In this document: one piece after another, positions 61,496 to 64,000 of the stretch
How positions within the stretch are numbered: the stretch's first letter is position 1
Layout: every line of letters begins with the position of its first letter
NCBI GenBank assembly: GCA_964016885.1
Contig: OZ024763.1
Span: forward strand, 744,001-808,000
Direction of reading: 5' to 3'
Length of the DNA stretch: 64,000 nt
Source of the DNA: Eledone cirrhosa
Lineage: Eukaryota
The notes under the pieces: generated by a model
Database searches by the model: none
Seen by the model: the letters and a program-made list of their open reading frames with translations, nothing else
What the model was told of the DNA's origin: nothing
Position numbers and translations under genes: made by a program

Positions 61496-62210
61496 TCTTT
61501 CCTGAGACATTCTAACCACATGTCCATAGTATCAGAGCTGTGATCTCTCAGTTGGGAGAAGTAGCAGCTCTACCTGGAGTGACTCTCTGATCTCTGAGCT
61601 ACACACTTTATCAAGTAACGTTACTCCAAAGACCCTTTCGAGGTACTCCATTTTGGCTGCTTGTATTCGCTTTTAACTCTACTAACTCAGTACTAAGTTT
61701 AGTTAAATCTACTAAATACCATAGTGCAGCACTGGAGCTCTAAAGTGCCATACTGTGGCACTCTAGTTCGGGAGTTCAATAGTGTCTTACTCTTGCTCCC
61801 TATTGCCATATACATGTATATATATATAGAAACATACATGCTTACGTGTATATATATATATTACGTGTTGAAAATTCTATCAGTTGATAAAACAACAATA
61901 TAGCATTGAAATATATATTCAACCTCAAAATTGATTTATTTTCTATTGCAGACTTCCAATGTTATGTTTAGAATTGTTCCTGACGATGTCTTTCTAAAGA
62001 TGTGTAACATGTAATAGCAATGAAACAAGTGTTGATCAAATAAATATTTTATAAACTGTTGAACTTGGTGACTTATTTCTTTGTTTTATATATATATATA
62101 TATATATAAATAATTTATTTATATATGTGTATAGATATATAAATAAATGTGTGTGTGTATATATACATATAAATATATATGTTTGTGTGTGTGTGTATAT
62201 ATATATACAT

Positions 62211-62284
62211 CCGTTTTGGTGACCCAGTGGTATGTATTAGAGGTGAATCCGTTCCTGGTCGTGAGATCGATCTGAATCAGGATA
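62211..62284 (+). ncRNA. tRNA-derived two-hairpin RNA, copy 8
   Basis: CGTTTT/GAGGTG (G-U rich), TCCTGGT/ATCAGGA; upstream motif replaced by microsatellite; B box degenerate. Confidence 0.5.
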
Positions 62285-62341
62285 TAATCTCACTAAATCT
62301 TACTTTTCCCTTTTATAAGAGAAAAAAATGTAAGACCCCTT

Positions 62342-62415
62342 AACGTATGTCTTCATTGAAAACCAAACCAGGTCCTCCACCGTCTCTAATAACCCCCACT
62401 AGGCCACCGTAACAA
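62342..62415 (-). ncRNA. tRNA-derived two-hairpin RNA, copy 9 (degenerate, convergent)
   Basis: Minus strand GGTGGCCTAGTGG...TTAGAGACGGTGGAGGACCTGGT; upstream motif relic 62435-62468. Confidence 0.5.
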
Positions 62416-62542
62416 TAACAGCTCCAGAACTAATTGAAATTTAATATATATGAAACTACTTTCTATTAGCAAGCTAAATAGATGTGGTTACATTCATGCT
62501 GGTTCCGTCTTATTAACACTACATAGAGCGGTGTCTTGGCAG

Positions 62543-62730
62543 GGGCGGTGTATTAGCAGAATCGGTAGAGGTTCGGACGCTATGCTTTCCAGCATAGAGT
62601 TACGGCCCTTGCCATTCTGAGTTCAAATCCCGCCGAGGTTAACTTTGCCTTTCATCTTTACAGGGTCGATAAAATAAAGTACCAGTAATACACTGGGATA
62701 ATTGTTGGCCTTGTGCCAAAATTAGAAACG
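62543..62730 (+). mobile_element. Octopod-type tRNA-derived SINE
   Basis: 9885 family. Confidence 0.9.
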
Positions 62731-62993
62731 ATATAATATATAAATATTTATATATATATGTGTGTGTGTGTTTTATTTGAACGTACAACATCGCTATATA
62801 AATCTGTTTTTATTTGTTAATAATTACATAAATGTAACTCTACAAACCCTGCTAAGGATTGAAACCCTGACTACACATTTACAGCAACAACAACGACATA
62901 ATAATTTCTGGTTTAAAATAACCTTGTGTAATTCTTGGTCGAGATTGAACCTCGTCACTTTATCTCACTGTTTAGTCTTTCCAATTAACACCC

Positions 62994-63118
62994 TATATAA
63001 AAGGCAGTTTGTTCTGACTTCACACCTGATGTTCACAGTTGTCGAAGACTTACCACCACTCATGCTAAACACACTGCCAGTTAGATCTGTGCAGCGATGA
63101 AGGAAGGTCGTGTTATTT
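62994..63118 (+). other. TATA-box cassette E
   Basis: TATATAAAAGGCAG...TGATGTTCACAGTTGT...GCAGCGATGAAGGAAGGTCGTG. Confidence 0.45.
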
Positions 63119-63508
63119 CTACCTCTAATGAACAACATACATATGTTATCCATTAGAGAACAATACACAAGAGAAAGAATTAAATTGAGAATGTCAATCT
63201 TTGAAAAGGAAATTTTATTTCATTAACAAATTCAACGGCAATACATTGTACTGAAAGGAGAAATTAATTGTAAAGGAACCTTTATGGAGACATCTTACAA
63301 TATTTTTGGGGATGTAAGACCCCCTTAGTTTTAAGAACAAATGTACAGAAACACGAAATAAGAAATTAATTGAAATGGAACACACATAGATTTTAAGACA
63401 AAATGATTGGGGGAAGTGTAAATATGCAGCTATCCTTGTTCATGGAGTGTGTGTATCTATGTATAGTGTTTATTATATTCGTACCTTTAAGGCAAAGGGC
63501 AGGCGGTT

Positions 63509-63540
<32 letters not shown>

Positions 63541-63639
63541 TTACATCGTTTTTTTTTTTTTGTTTTTTTTTTTTCGGTTAGAAAATTACCTCTTATTCCC
63601 CACCCCACAAAAAATATATTTCGAATATGTATGTTTTAA

Positions 63640-64000
63640 TTGAAATGTGGCTAACCATGTTAAAGGCAAAAAGTAGCAAGTGAGACGATAGGAATAATAA
63701 TTTACCTAGCTAAATGCAAACAAATTTTAAATTATCGATGAATGATATGAGCGACACCACGTAGAGTATTCCGTAGGGACATGGACGCACGACAGAAAAT
63801 ATTGAAAGAATCCAGAGAAGAACAAAAAATAAAACAAAAGAATTAAGAAATCTGTCTTGAGAATAAATATGTAAAAACTTAGGAATTACAACTTGGGAGG
63901 AGATAAAACAAAGGGGAGACATGATAGAAATATTTAAGATGATAGGACTTGAAATTACGGAAGAAAATGTAAATCTAAGAAGAGGATACCATGCTCTAAA
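63640..64000 (+). mobile_element. CR1-like ORF2 relic
   Basis: IERIQRRTK...NLGITT.EEIKQRGDMIEIFKM. Confidence 0.75.

Noticed and set aside
61744-61767. Helitron 3' end (AGTGCCA/TGGCACT hairpin + CTAG)
   Set aside because: The hairpin directly abuts CTAG rather than lying ~10 nt upstream; no 5' end or second copy seen

Overview
Eukaryotic, extremely microsatellite-rich genomic DNA. The SINE/LINE families resemble those of octopod cephalopods (inference). Nearly all long ORFs in the supplied track are simple-repeat artefacts. Real coding content is two phase-compatible exons of RERE/atrophin (BAH to ELM2 junction; 1721-1817 and 10307-10460, +) and three putative + strand exons of an unidentified gene (45.4, 46.5, 50.7 kb). 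The rest is tRNA-derived SINEs, RTE/CR1/L1-like LINE relics, Penelope-like fragments carrying minimal hammerhead ribozymes, DNA-transposon relics, large satellites and a 200-N gap. The most unusual region is a rearranged tandem array at about 27.1-43.0 kb and 58.0-64.0 kb. It holds nine copies of a ~74-nt tRNA-derived Pol III-type gene (upstream TATA-like element in most copies, A/B boxes, usually an oligo-T end). This RNA cannot form a cloverleaf but refolds into two hairpins that show compensatory changes. The copies sit convergently at the centre of diverged palindromes, and the array also carries five copies of a second TATA-driven ~90-nt cassette. All calls were made by eye, with no database search.
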